In this document: piece by piece, positions 39,248 to 52,939 of the stretch | Layout: the number at the start of each line of letters is the position of its first letter | How positions within the stretch are numbered: position 1 is the stretch's first letter | Source: Eledone cirrhosa | Lineage: Eukaryota | Length of the DNA: 64,000 nt | Reading direction: 5' to 3' | Assembly: GCA_964016885.1 (NCBI GenBank) | Contig: OZ024741.1 | Span: 293,012,001-293,076,000, forward strand | The notes under the pieces: model-generated | Database searches by the model: none | Seen by the model: the letters and a program-made list of their open reading frames with translations, nothing else | What the model was told of the DNA's origin: nothing | Made by a program: the position numbers and the translations under genes

Positions 39248-39334
39248 AGGTGACGTGCATTTCACTACAGATCAGCTCAAGTTTCGATCTGTATCGATCT
39301 AGCCCGACTTTGGAATCAAATGCTCATCGAACCT
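39248..39334 (-). ncRNA. Hammerhead-like motif in a small island within (TA)n
   Basis: AGGT-TCGATGA-[about 60 nt]-GAAA-TGCAC-GTC-ACCT followed by AATAAA. The core deviates from CTGATGA. Confidence 0.4.
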
Positions 39335-39399
39335 TTGTAGTATATATATATTTTTATTTTTATATATATATATGTATTTATATGAGTTTAATGAAGAAT

Positions 39400-39955
39400 T
39401 CAATGTGCAGGTATGTGTTCATTAGGGTTCAGTCCTTGGCCCATTGCTGTTTTATAGTTCCCCAGGACATAATGGTGGAGTTTAAGACTGGCTGTCCATT
39501 GTTCTGATAACTTGGTTCTTATAGCCCAATAAGTAGAAGAGCTAAAATAGAAATTCTAGCTTTGGAAATAGTACTTAGAACCAAAATGGCTTAGATTAAA
39601 CTTGGGGAAAAAACAAAGCTTTAGTAAGTAGGAAAGAAGACAGGACCCTGATCCCTGCAGGGAAGTGGCCTTGCTCGATATGTAGAACAGAAACATAAAA
39701 TCTATATAATGAGCACAATGTAAATTTCGGGTACACAAGAGGTAAAGTAGGATAACATGGGCACTAAAAGAAAATGTAGACTTTATATTTAACACATGCA
39801 TAGTTGGTAGTAAGAGCCTCAGTGAAATAAAGTTTCCTGAAGCTCAGAAAAAATCTATAGAAGTGGTTGATAGCTTTTGGTACATAAATGACTTTTGCTA
39901 CATTACCTGTAGAGGAGGTTGCTCCAAGAGCATAATAAGGATAGGATGATGATGT
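39400..39955 (+). mobile_element. Highly degenerate copy of the PHD-bearing RTE family
   Basis: Residual GSVLGPLL, EFKTGCP and PAGKWPCSIC motifs with many stops. Confidence 0.8.
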
Positions 39956-40446
39956 TAGTGTGTATAGTTTTGTCTACCAAATTCAAATCTTAACAAATTA
40001 GTCAACCCATGGTTTTGGTTTACAGTGGTTTGCAAAGAAAATGTTTTAAACACTCAGCCATGCATACCACCTTTAGAATATATATAGGAAATGGGTAAAA
40101 GACAAAGCGAACCCTTGTAGGATTTTAACAGAGAATGTAATAAAATGTAACTAAATTCTCCAAAGCATTTTGTCTGGCACTCTACTCTACCAATTCTGCC
40201 ATCCACCATCTCTGATTGAAGAATAGTGATAATTAAAAATACTGGGATTCAGTGTGTTATTGTTAGGGTAATCATTAACACACAATCACCATCAGCACCA
40301 TTATCACTGTTATTTCATCATCATCATCATCGCTGTTACCACCAACCACAACACCCCTCATTACCATCATCATTATCATCAGTACAGCCAAAGGCATCAT
40401 CATCACCATTATCACAACTTTTGACATTTATATTTTTACATTATAT

Positions 40447-40518
40447 AAATTTATTTATAAACGTAACTGTTCCTGTTTCCACAAACAAACAGGAACAGTT
40501 ACGTTTATAAATAAATTT
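40447..40518. repeat. Perfect 32-bp inverted repeat with an 8-nt loop
   Basis: AAATTTATTTATAAACGTAACTGTTCCTGTTT-CCACAAAC-AAACAGGAACAGTTACGTTTATAAATAAATTT. Confidence 0.95.
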
Positions 40519-40884
40519 TAAAATATATTACAGAATTATTAAAAATAATTACAACTATTTCCTCCACTTATTTATTTATTTAGTTAGTTATCTTAGAATA
40601 GTATATCAAGGAAGATAGTACACAAATAAAATTAATTATGAATGTAGACACTCGCTGAAGGAGTTTTTATTTGCCATTGCGATATGTTACATATATATTA
40701 TATTATGGCAAATAAATTTTATTGGAAATTTTTGAATTTCTTTGCTGTTTCGTATAGCATAGTCTCTGTTTTCTTTTCTTTTTTCTCTTTTTTGGGGGGG
40801 TGGGGTGGGTTGGGGGGGGGGGGCACATTTTAATATACTCTAACTTTTATTTTATTTTAACAAGAGTTGAAAACAAACTAAATA

Positions 40885-40924
40885 AATAATGATGATAGTA
40901 ATAGTAATGATGATGATAATAATG

Positions 40925-40989
<65 letters not shown>

Positions 40990-40990
40990 T
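40885..40990. repeat. (AAT)n microsatellite next to a SINE family 3 tail
   Basis: Directly visible; followed by GTTTCTACTTTTGGCACAAGGCCAGC. Confidence 0.9.
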
Positions 40991-41205
40991 GTTTCTACTT
41001 TTGGCACAAGGCCAGCAATAATAATAATGTGACATAAATTGGACAACAAAACATTAATAATTATAAATGAAATATTATACATCCTAAAATAATGAGCTGT
41101 TTGGAATATTTTATTAATAGTGTTGTATGAGTTACATAGTTGTCTTGAACACATCATGTGTTTGTGTGTCTGTATATTTGTATAAATGAAATAAATGAAT
41201 GGCAC

Positions 41206-41268
<63 letters not shown>

Positions 41269-41331
41269 AATTTAAAGATTAAAGTGGTAGAAAAGCCAGG
41301 AACTATCATAAAATCCCTGATGAGCAAAACA

Positions 41332-41362
<31 letters not shown>

Positions 41363-41839
41363 AATAAAAATGGTGTAAACATTACAATGCAATAGGAGAG
41401 CAAATGATAATAGTACCACTGAGGATGTTGCCGATGTGCAACGAAAGAACTTTGTTAGACTATAGATATATATTTATATCTGTCTTTTTAACCATTGGCC
41501 AGTCAATGATAAACATTGATTGCCACATAAATTAACTATGGAGATATAAAAGATACAGAAGCGAAAACCAACCAAACAGTGAGTGTGTTCTGTTATTTCT
41601 GGCAATATTATTACAACAATATGACTCTCCCCAAGTATAACAATATATATATATAATGTGTGTGTGCGTGTGTGTGTATATATATATATGTGTAAATATA
41701 TGTGTGTGTGTGTGTATATATGTAAATATATGTGTGTGTGTGTGTATATATATATACATATGTAAATATATGTATATGTATATATGTATATGTAAATATA
41801 TGTATATGTCTATATATACAACAGCAATTTGACATGGCT

Positions 41840-42320
41840 CACAGAATGTGTTCCTGGACTCTCAGAACTTTCCAATCAAGAGATATCTACACTCATATCC
41901 TTCTATTCTCTCCAATGCCATCATGAGCACTACATTATCTGCATGATGTGAAAAATATTCCCTCAGCATTGCCCAAATAATCTTGGTATCATCTTTAAAC
42001 TACATCCAAGGCTTGGGCCCCAATCTATCCGCCCACAACAAAAATGAAACTCACATCTCATAACATTACGGCACAATCATTTCACCCCAATTATTCCTGC
42101 CCTCTTTAAAATTATACCACATTAAACACATTAAAACAGAAATATCTTTGGACAAATTCCTACAAAGAATCCTGGATATGACTCTGTAAACAATAATTCT
42201 CTACTTGAATGGGCCATGGTATCCAAATCCTGATTTGAAAGATTCGACAGGTGGTGCTATTTAAGTTAGACATGGCTTGGGCCAATACTGGCCAAAATCT
42301 ATCAAAGTTATTAAATTTAT
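41840..42320 (+). mobile_element. Degenerate Penelope-type fragment
   Basis: Residual thumb-like peptide NIPLSIAQII near 41955-41985; otherwise eroded. Confidence 0.35.
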
Positions 42321-42510
42321 ATAAATATATGTATATGTGTATATATGTAAATATATCTATATGTATATACATATTATTTTCATATATGTATACATACATA
42401 TATATATGCATGTGTGTGTGTACATATATATATATATACATATATGGTACATTTATGTATTTAGTTTCGCAAGATGCTTTCTGTGAACTTGTGTGATGAA
42501 ACTGACATTA

Positions 42511-42907
42511 TTGTATTTGGGGTTAGTAATGTTGCCAGTATTGCCAATAAAAAGAAACATACACACCATATGATTTTCACTGCATCTTTATTACTAGTCC
42601 TTCCTTAGCTCTGGCAAATTCCCTACAGTCTGATATGTCTATGAAAACAACAACCTTTTACTTGAGTGAGCCACAATGTCCTCCAAAAAGTGACTAGGTT
42701 GTGAACCCATAATCTGTAAGACCTCATTAAGCATTGCTATTAATTTAGACATGGCTTGGTCCAACAATGGCTGAAGCCCATCAAAGTTATATATATAGAG
42801 AGAGACAAACTAATGCATAACTAGTAATAAAGATACAGTGAAAATTATATAGTGTATGTGTTTCTTTTTATTGGCAATACTAGCAACATGACCATCCCCA
42901 AATATAA
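42511..42907. repeat. Imperfect 88-bp inverted repeats (42511-42598 / 42820-42907)
   Basis: GTATTGCCAATAAAAAGAAACATACAC…CTTTATTACTAGT is mirrored on the right. Confidence 0.85.
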
Positions 42908-42969
42908 AAAATATAATAATACATATATAATTAAAATTAAAATATATATGCATATTTTTTATATATATA

Positions 42970-44105
42970 AATAATAATGAAATTGTTGGGTATAGTATTA
43001 CAACTCATCAAAGGTGCATGTATAGTACATAGAATAATGTACAAATGTCAGGAAAGTGAAGAATGTATGAGTCATGATATACATGTGTGCATGTGTATGG
43101 AGGAGGAATATCAGGTGTAGTGTTGGTGAATTTCAGGAGGCATGGAGGTCTTAAGGGAGGCAGTGTCTCGGAAACTAACAACTGATGTAGGTAGTTTGTC
43201 CCATGCTTCAGCAACTCTGAGCGGGAAAAAATGTTTCCGAAAGTCATGGAAGCTGTGCTGTTTTCTGACTTTGTGGGCATGTCCACGGGTGTCAGGCACA
43301 TGGAATTCAAAAAGGTGCTCAAGGTTGTTGTTGGCAAGATGGTTAATAATTTTGTGGGAATTTACCAAGTCAGTTGCCAGATGTTGGAGCTTCAATGCAT
43401 CCATGCCCAGGGAAGCAAGGAATTTATAGTATGGTAGATGCCTGATGGAGGGTATTTGCTTTGTTGCATGTCTCTGAACAGTTTCCAGGAGGTCAATATT
43501 CTGAGCAAGATAGGGGATCCAGACAGGTGATGTAAATTTTAAGTGTGGCTGCACCATAGCCATATCAGCTTTAAAATATAGCTGGAAAGTGGTTGACAAA
43601 GGTCTTGCTGAGGGATGCCAAGACACCCTCGGCCTTCTTGACAATTCTAGAGAGGTTATTCGTCCAACGCAAATCGCTGCTGACGGTAAAGCCCAGGTCA
43701 CGTTCACAAGAATACTTCTTGATATTAGTGTTGTGGAGGTGGTAGGTGGATGCTGGATATTTCCTCCCAAAATGCATGGTGGTACACTTGTCCACAGCCA
43801 GCTTGAGTTGCCAGTCCGTGAACCATTGCTGCATTGTGTCCAGGTCAGATTGCAGGAAAGATCTATAGTGTTCAGGATCTGTCCTTTTAATCTCAAGGTA
43901 CAGCTTGATGTAATCTGCATATTTCAGCACTTTGGCATTCTTTAAGTTGGCATCTATGTCATTAATATATGCAACAGACAAAAGGGGACCAAGAACAGAT
44001 CGCTGTGTACACCCGATGACATCTCATAGGGTGAAGAATGATGTCCTAGAACCCTGACTACCTCTTTTTGACTGAGAATGAATGACTTCAACCAGTTATA
44101 AAGAT
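42970..44105 (-). mobile_element. 5'-truncated CR1-clade LINE
   Basis: PYEMSSGV, VAYINDI, KYADYIKLY and WDKLP motifs; same family as 23540-25995. Confidence 0.92.
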
Positions 44106-44166
44106 GATTTTCGTATTTTCTGTTCGTTAAACATGTACAAAGAATAGCCACAATATGAGGCTGCAG

Positions 44167-45207
44167 TAATAATAATAATAATTTTGAAATTATTGTGTAC
44201 AGTGCTCAGGTGCACTACAATTCATCAAAGGTACATGTATAGTACATAGAATAATGTACAAATGTCAGGAGAGTAAAAAGTGTATGAGACATGATACATA
44301 TTTGTGGATGTGTATAGAGGGGGGAATATCAGGAGTAGTGTTGGCGAATTTCAGGAAGCATTGAGACTTTAAAGGATGCAGTGTCCTGGCAGCTAACAAG
44401 TGATGTAGGTAGCAACTCTGATCATGAAAATAATGTTTCTGAACGTCATGGGAGCAGTGTTGTTTTCTGACGTTGTAGGCATACCCACTGGTGTTAGACA
44501 CATGGAATTCAAAATGTTGCTCAAGGTTTTTGTTGGCAAAATGGTTAATAATTTTGTGGGTTTCTACCAAGTCATTTGCCAGACGTTGGAGTTTCATTGT
44601 ATCCATGCCCAGGGAAGCAAGACATTCAGAATATGGTAGATGCCTGATGGAGGGTATTTGCTTGGTTGCATATCCATGAACAGTTTCCAGAAGGTCAACA
44701 TTCTGAGCAAGATAGGGGATCCAGACAGGTGATGCAAATTTTAAGTGTGACTGCATCATAGATATATACAGCTTTAAGTAGATAGCTGGAGAGCAGCTGA
44801 CAAAGGTCTTGCTGAGTGATGCCAAGACACCCTTGGCCTTCTTGACAATTTTAGAGATGTGATTTGTCCAATCCAAATCACTGCTGACAGTAATACCAAG
44901 GTCATATTCACAAGAATACTTCTTGATATTAGTGTTGTGGAGGGAGTATGTGGACACTGGGTTTTTCCTCTCAAAATGCATGGTGGTACACTTGTCCACA
45001 GCCAGCTTGAGTTGCCGGTCCGTCTCCTTGCAGGAAAGATCTGTAGTGTTCAGGATCTGTTGTTTTTATCTCGAGATACAGCTTGATGTCATCTGCATAT
45101 TTCAGCACTGTGGCATTCTTTAAGTTGGCATCTATGTCATTAATATATGCAACAAACAAAAGGGGATCAAGAACAGATCTCTGCAGTACACCAGATGACA
45201 TCTCATA
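44167..45207 (-). mobile_element. 5'-truncated CR1-clade LINE, tandem second copy
   Basis: MSSGVLQRSVLDPLLF and KYADDIKLY motifs; (TTA)n tail. Confidence 0.92.
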
Positions 45208-46526
45208 AGAATATATCTTTCAATTTAAATTAAAAATGCTCTGGGCATATATCCATTGAGTTTTTCTACTGATAAACATAATTATCATACATATTATATA
45301 TGTTATGATAGCTTAAATTATTATATATGTATATATATATATATAAGAGACGTAAGATAAGAAAATTATAAAATTAACTTACTTTATATATATATATGTG
45401 TGTGTGTGGGTGTGTGTGTGTGCGGGTGCGTGTGTGCATACGTGTATATGTTTGTGTGTGTGTGACAGTTAAGGAAAAAGATCAGCAGGAAGACAATACA
45501 ATGCATTGATGATATATATTAGTTTAATTTTAAAAAGAGTAGGTAATGACTGTTAACGTTTTGGACATTAGTCATTCCTCACAATATACTATGAGAGATA
45601 GAAGAATTCGAATGATTGCTGAGAGTAAGAAAAGGGAGAATGGAAAAAGAAATTGTAGAAGAAAGCATGTTAAATTTACTTGGCCGTGTTACATGCACAC
45701 ATGCGCACAGACACAGGTACGCATGCCCACAAACACACACACAGTTCAATACCACGCAATACATATTGTCAAATAGCCTCTCATGCACATACAACCTCTC
45801 TCTCCCACATATATATACACACACATACAAGCACACATATTCTTTCAATCCCTGGACACAAGCTCAATGTGTTTCGGTCGATCTCATTATAAAGAATTTT
45901 TCATTACAACATATAATTTTTATACCCTGTGAATTTCATTATAATGGAATTTCACTGAATATTTGACAGGTATCAACACTGAAGGAATGCAAGACAAAGT
46001 TTACCTTAGCAAATTTTGTAGTTACAGTGCAAAAAGACCAAAATAATGCTAGCATAGGGCATTTTATCTGGCACTCTTCCAGCTCTGTAAATTCACTGCT
46101 TTATGGATATATTTGAACATTTTCAAAAGATTCCACAACTAAATCTCTACAAATTTGGAAGGGATGTGGGGTAAAGAAACATGAGTGAATACTGGAAAAA
46201 TAATTTTTTTATGACAATGAATTTAAATTTAAAAGAAAATATCAAAAAGCAACACTGCCACCATCACCATAAAAACTATCTAAGATCAATATATTACATC
46301 ATTGAATTTGATATATTGGCAATAATATTGATATCTATAGCCAATAGTTTGCCTAATGTAAAGTGAGAACATTTTTCAAAGGTCTTTTACAAACAGAACT
46401 ATACATTCTTCTGGTTTTGTAACTGGATAGTAATGGTGGTGGTTAAGGTGGTGTTGCTGTTGGTGCTGGTGGTGTGTTTATTTCAAATATAGTTGCTTTT
46501 TAGATAAAAGAACATATAAACGTGAT

Positions 46527-46677
<151 letters not shown>

Positions 46678-46926
46678 GTGTGTGTGTGTGTATGCTGGTA
46701 GTGTATATGGAAATTTATGAAGGTATATGTATATATATATTTTTTTTTGTATATATGTGAGTGTATGCATATTTGTGTAAATGTGTGCATGTATGTGTAT
46801 ATGTGAGACTATCTGTATGTATGTATTTATGTATGTATAATTTTTTTTTAGATTTTTTAAAGCTCTATATGTATATATCTGTTTGTACGCATACATTTCT
46901 ATCTATATATGTATGCTTATGTACGA

Positions 46927-46979
<53 letters not shown>

Positions 46980-47622
46980 TATATATATCTGTTTACACAC
47001 ATAAATATCTATCTATATATGTATGCTTATGTATATATCATATATACGTCAATGTGGAATTTGAAGAAAATAAAATAATTTTTTTACATTTGAAAAGGAC
47101 TTCAAAAATAACCTGAAACAAACCAAATAAAAGACCAAGATCAGAAAAATACTGACAACATAAAATGGAAGCACCATTTGAGAAAGTGATGCCTTTTCAA
47201 ATTCCATTTCTGTATCACATAATATCAATTAATTTTTACTAAATGAACAGATTTATTCCAATGAATCTCTAAGCCTCTGTAATTTTCTCAACATGAAACA
47301 AATTTTCCTTTTAAATTGCTCTATGTCAGATTTTGGTCAACTTGTGATTTATGTCTTTCGAAATAAATAATAATAATAAAAAAAATTGTGTTGTTTAGAG
47401 CGTTGCTTTTATTCTGTATTTGTTTATTTATTTTTTTTTTTTTCTGTTTACATGACTGTGTGCCTGTCTGCTTGTCAGTCTGTGTTTCTAACTCACTTTT
47501 GGATATGTACACAAACATACACATATATATATATGTATATATATAAATATATATGCATATATGTATATATGTATGTTTATATATTTATATATATGTATAT
47601 ATACATTTGTATGTATATGTAT

Positions 47623-47695
<73 letters not shown>

Positions 47696-47771
47696 TATAT
47701 TCATATATAGATATATATAGATAGATATATAGATAGATAGATTTATATATAGATAGATATATTTATATATA

Positions 47772-47802
<31 letters not shown>

Positions 47803-47850
47803 ATTTATATATAAATAGATATATTTATATATAGATAGATATATTTATAT

Positions 47851-49050
47851 TCTGGGAAATGGTCGTGCTCGGTGTGTAGGAAAGGCGTAGGTAGAAACTC
47901 CATTTTATGTCCTAAATGCAAAGTATGGGTGCATAAAAGATGTAGTGGGATCACAGGTAAGCTAACTAAGAACATAGATTTTACATGTGGCCGGTGCTCT
48001 GGTGCAATAAGTAGCAGCAAGTGCCCACAAACTACTAGCTCTTTCAATTGCACAGAGGGTTCTATAGAAATAGTGGACAGCTTCCGTTACCTGGGCGATA
48101 AAATCAGCAGTGGGGGAGGGTGCTCTGAAAGTACTGTAGCTAGAGTCAGAACTGGTTGGAAAAAGTTCAGAGAGCTTATACCACTATTAGCTGCTAAAGG
48201 GTTCTCACTAAAAATGAAAGGCAGGTTGTACGATGCCTGCATACGAACAGCAATGTTGCATGGCAGTGAGACCTGGGCATTGTGTGCAGAGGATATACGC
48301 AGACTAGAGAGGAACGAAGCTTGCATGCTCCGCTGGATGTGTAACAGTAATATACGTGAACGGCAAAGCGTAAACGAACTAAGGAAAAAATTAGAGATAA
48401 GAGGGATCAGATGTTGTTTACTCGAGAGAAGGCTACGTTGGTATGGACACGTGATGCGCATGAAAGTCGATAGCTGTATAACAAAGTGCAGGGCAATAAA
48501 GATAGACGGTAGTCACGGAATAGGCAGACCTAGAAAAACCTGGGACGAGCTGATAAACTCCGACATCACACACTTACACCTCTCCAAGACAATGTCACTG
48601 GACCGAGACCTTTGGCGGTACTCAGTAACAGAGAAGACCCGCCTTACCTAAATATATAGTAAAACCTACTCCAGCCAGTAGGCATCTCTAACAAAATACA
48701 CCCCGTCCCACCACCACCACCCCCACCCCATCCACACCACCCCGTTCTATGTAAAGTTATGTTGGTGCCGTGCCATCGAGGCCGAAACAAATGAGATCGT
48801 GTAGGTGTCACGACAAAAAAACACACAGTCCACGCTGTAATGTGGCCGTGTAGGCAACACGGTAAAAACCTCCCAGACCCACACTGTAAATGTGGTTGGT
48901 GTTAGGAAGGGCATCCAACTGTAGAAAACCTGCCAGACAGTCCTATGCGAGCAAGACAATCACTCTTGCCTCAAGTGGGACTACCCCCGTCGAAACCCAT
49001 GCAAGCGTGGAACACGGACGTTAAACGTTGATGATGATGATGATGATGAT
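47851..49050 (+). mobile_element. RTE LINE copy E, 5'-truncated at the PHD-like finger
   Basis: Uninterrupted frame from SGKWSCSVC to the stop at 48651; 3' UTR and (GAT)n tail; (TA)-rich flanks. Confidence 0.95.
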
Positions 49051-49166
49051 ATATATATATATATATATATATAGATTGATATAGATATATTTATATATAT
49101 AGATAGATATAGATATATTTATATTTATATTTATTTATATTTATATTTATATATATTTATAGATAT

Positions 49167-49270
49167 ATCATCATCATTTCATTTTACGTCCACTTTTCCC
49201 TGCTTGCAAGGGTGGGACGGGAACTGATTCTGGCTTGATTTCTACAGCTGGATGCCCTTCCTAACACCAA
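49167..49270 (-). mobile_element. SINE family 1 tail fragment
   Basis: Matches 55311-55423. Confidence 0.85.
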
Positions 49271-49286
49271 TATATATTTATATATA

Positions 49287-49681
49287 TCATTATCATCATC
49301 ATCACCGTTTTACGTCTGTTCTTCCATGCTAGGATGGGTTAAAGTGGTTTTCCTGTTGTGGGTAGTGTTCGGTCGGCTGACCTTGTCTTGCTCATACGGG
49401 AACTGATTCTGGCTTGATTTCTACAGCTGGATGCCCTTCCTAACAACAACCTCATTTAAAGTGAGTGCTGGGTGCTTCTTTTGCTGTGGCACCTCCACGA
49501 CCACTTTGCAGTGGAATGATATGGACCCTAGTCCCTATCATCTCATTTCTACAGCCTAGTAAACTGGAGCAATGTGAATTAAAGTGTCTTGCTCAAGGAA
49601 ACAACACATCACCCGGTCTGAGAATTGAACTCACAACCTTTCGATTGCAAGGCCAATGCTCTAACCACTAAGCCATGTGGC
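49287..49681 (-). mobile_element. SINE family 1 with a substituted 3' tail
   Basis: 49397-49681 matches family 1; 49287-49396 resembles the PHD-RTE 3' UTR terminus. Confidence 0.8.
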
Positions 49682-49709
49682 TATATATATATACTTATTT
49701 ATACATATC

Positions 49710-49937
49710 TATCATCATCCTCATCATCATTGTTTAACATCTTTCTTCCACTCTAGTATGGGTAGAGGGGAATTCTCACATTTGAGGTAAGATTGGTCGG
49801 GTGCAAGTGTTTTGCTTGTATCGGACTATCTGGCAGGTTTTCTACGGTTTGGTGCCCTTCCTAACACCAATCACATTTACAGTGTGGACTGGGAACTTTT
49901 TACTGTGTTACCTACATGACCACATTATGTGGACTGT
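49710..49937 (-). mobile_element. RTE 3' UTR fragment
   Basis: Homologous to 5445-5680. Confidence 0.85.
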
Positions 49938-50039
49938 TTTTTTCTTGTTTTTTTTTTGTTTTTTTCCCTTCTCTCTTTCCTTCTTTTTTTTCCTTTCCTT
50001 TTTTTCTTTCCTTCCTTTTTTTACTCTTCCTTTTCCTTT

Positions 50040-50073
<34 letters not shown>

Positions 50074-50123
50074 GTTATTTATATATATATAAAAACAAAT
50101 AACGAAACGTTATAACTTAATTG

Positions 50124-50282
<159 letters not shown>

Positions 50283-50290
50283 TATACATA

Positions 50291-50347
<57 letters not shown>

Positions 50348-51251
50348 ATGTATGTATGCATGTATGTATGTATCTATGTATGTATGTATGCATGCATGTA
50401 TAAATCTTGTGAAACCAAGTTAATGTTTCAAAGAGATTGAAATTGTTTTTCTACCTAACATCAGTCATTTGTTGACACTTGCTGTCCTCCCTCCGTCTTC
50501 AACAAAATTTTACAGTATAATATTCATGTATAATACACCCTTTTTGTGCATCTAAAAAACATAAGCCTATTATTTGAAGATTGGTAATTTTTCAGCTAGT
50601 TCACCTTTATGGCTTAGAAGGCCAAAGTTTAAGTATCACATTCAAATTTGTTTTTTGTTTCATTTATGATACTTTTTCAAAACTCTATTACCTGTTCCAA
50701 CCAATAGGTTGCGACCATGCTGAGGCATGAAGTTTTTTAGTGTATTTTATTTAACAGTAATAATAAATCTGACTAAACACTCTTTTTCTATAAATCTTAC
50801 TACTAAAGAAAAGTCAGCACATACCTTATAATTATGCTCACTCTCATTTTTAGTAGTCAGTAGGAACAAAAATCTCATGGCCTGATCTGTCATTTTTTTC
50901 TTGTGACAAATGTATGAGTATATATTGAACAGGAAATAAATATAATAGTTAATTATTGCTTTATTTTATGCAGCTAAACTTTATCTGCTTTAAATTCTTG
51001 TGTGCATTTAAATTTGTGTGTACATGTTTATAAACCATCTGAGCATATGTGCACAACTTAAAAAGACTGCACAAAAGATTTTTTTGTGTTTTCATTGCAC
51101 ATTTTATATGTGTGTATGTTATGCATGCATAAATACTGTATATATGTGTGTGTGTTTGTGTTTGACTGATCATACATTAACAAACTGAATACCAAGAACG
51201 TTTTTATGTTTTGGGGTTTTACAGATATATACTTAATATACATGTATATAT

Positions 51252-51633
51252 ATCATCATCATCGTTTAACGTCTATCTTCCACGCTAGCATGGGTAGAGA
51301 CGGGAATTGTCCTACTTGAGGCAAGATTGGTCGGGTGACCATGTCTCGCTCGTATAGGACTGTCTGGCAGGTTTTCTACGGCTGGATGCCCTTCCTAACA
51401 CCAACCACATTTACAGTGTGGACTGGGAGGTTTTTACTGTGTTACCTACACGGCCACATTACAGCATGGACTGTGTGTTTTTTTGTCGTGACACCTACAT
51501 GACCTCATTTATTTTGGACTGGGTTTTGTGGTACCAACATAACTTTACGGAGAAAGGGTGGGATTGGGGATTAGTGGGATGGGGTATATATTTGGTTAAG
51601 AGGTGCCTACTGACTCTAGGTTTCGCTTCGTAC
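51252..51633 (-). mobile_element. RTE 3' UTR fragment (copy-A subtype)
   Basis: Homologous to 5445-5832, including GGTCGGGTGACC. Confidence 0.88.
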
Positions 51634-51649
51634 ATTGAAACCTACAGTC

Positions 51650-51684
<35 letters not shown>

Positions 51685-52199
51685 CGTATGTACACAATAC
51701 ATAAGTATATGTTTAGTATTGATGAATCTGAGAATGATTCATTGTAATGGAGATTAATAGTTTATTGAATTGACAAAAAGTGTCAAGTCCATACTGTAGA
51801 GCAGTTGTTTTAGTGCCATGATAAAATGCACCCAATCCATGCTGTCAGTTACTCGTGTTGTTGACATGACAAAAGTACCAACTTCACACCATAAAGTGGT
51901 CATATTGCTGTCACTAGAAAAAGTGCCTTGTCCATGCTGTAAATGTGCTTGGAGTTAGCAATGGCACTCCACCCTTAGAAACCAAACCAGAAATAGTTTT
52001 GTATAAGCAAAACATGGTCATCTAATCTGACTTGTCTCACAATGGAACAACTCCTGTAATCCATGCTAGCATGGAACAATGGACATTAAATGGTGATTAT
52101 GATGATGATAACATCAAACTAGTGGTCTGTTACTCAGTAGTTTCCCATGTGTGTTACATGCCACTGTTTCAACCTTAATAAACTATTAAAAAAGTCAGT

Positions 52200-52400
52200 T
52201 TTAATGTGAAGGCTCATCAGTCTAATGCTTATCCCTGGTTTCTTTAGCATTAAGTGACTGAGAGCACAAGACTATCCCTGGAGAGGATGCCAGTCTATTA
52301 CAGGTTTAACTACCTAGCTACTATTGGTACTAATCTTTAGCTGAATTTATTGGAGCAACATGAAATAAGTGTTTTGCTCAAGAACACAACACATGAATGT
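52200..52400 (-). mobile_element. Degenerate SINE family 2
   Basis: Reverse complement similarity to 19430-19625. Confidence 0.7.
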
Positions 52401-52939
52401 CTTAATCATTAGGTTAATTAGATATATAAAGAGATATTCATTTTTACCATTTATTTATATATTTCAGAGTTGCTCCAAAAATCCACTTTTGATAAGCAAA
52501 AAAAAAAAAATTAACTAAGAAATATTACAAATAAATCTACTAAAAAAATGGTAAGAGAAATAAACAACAAACAAACAAGCAATTAATACAAGAACGAATG
52601 AATTAGAAATTATTTCCTGTAGTTTATATGCTGTTTCGGTAAATCAATTTATCGATCGATAATTTTTTTTCATGGAAGTTAATTAAATATCTTATAGGTG
52701 GTTGTCCATTGTTTATAAAGACATCTCACAACAACGGCATCTACACAGTTTCTCAGCTTGTTACTGCTGTTGTTGTTATTGTTGTTGTTATTTAACCCTA
52801 GGTTAGCTCTGGTTTCAAAAACCCCATCCCACACTATTCTTCTCTCAAATGTCTATAGTTGTTGTCAGTTGCTTATAGAGACCTCTCATAACACTGATAT
52901 GTTGTTGCTGTTGTTTAACTCTTGATCAGTACTGGTTTT

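Noticed and set aside
40648-40745. CTGAAGG…hairpin…GAAA…TTC hammerhead-like string
   Set aside because: Non-canonical core, no stem I, and AT-rich context make a chance match likely.
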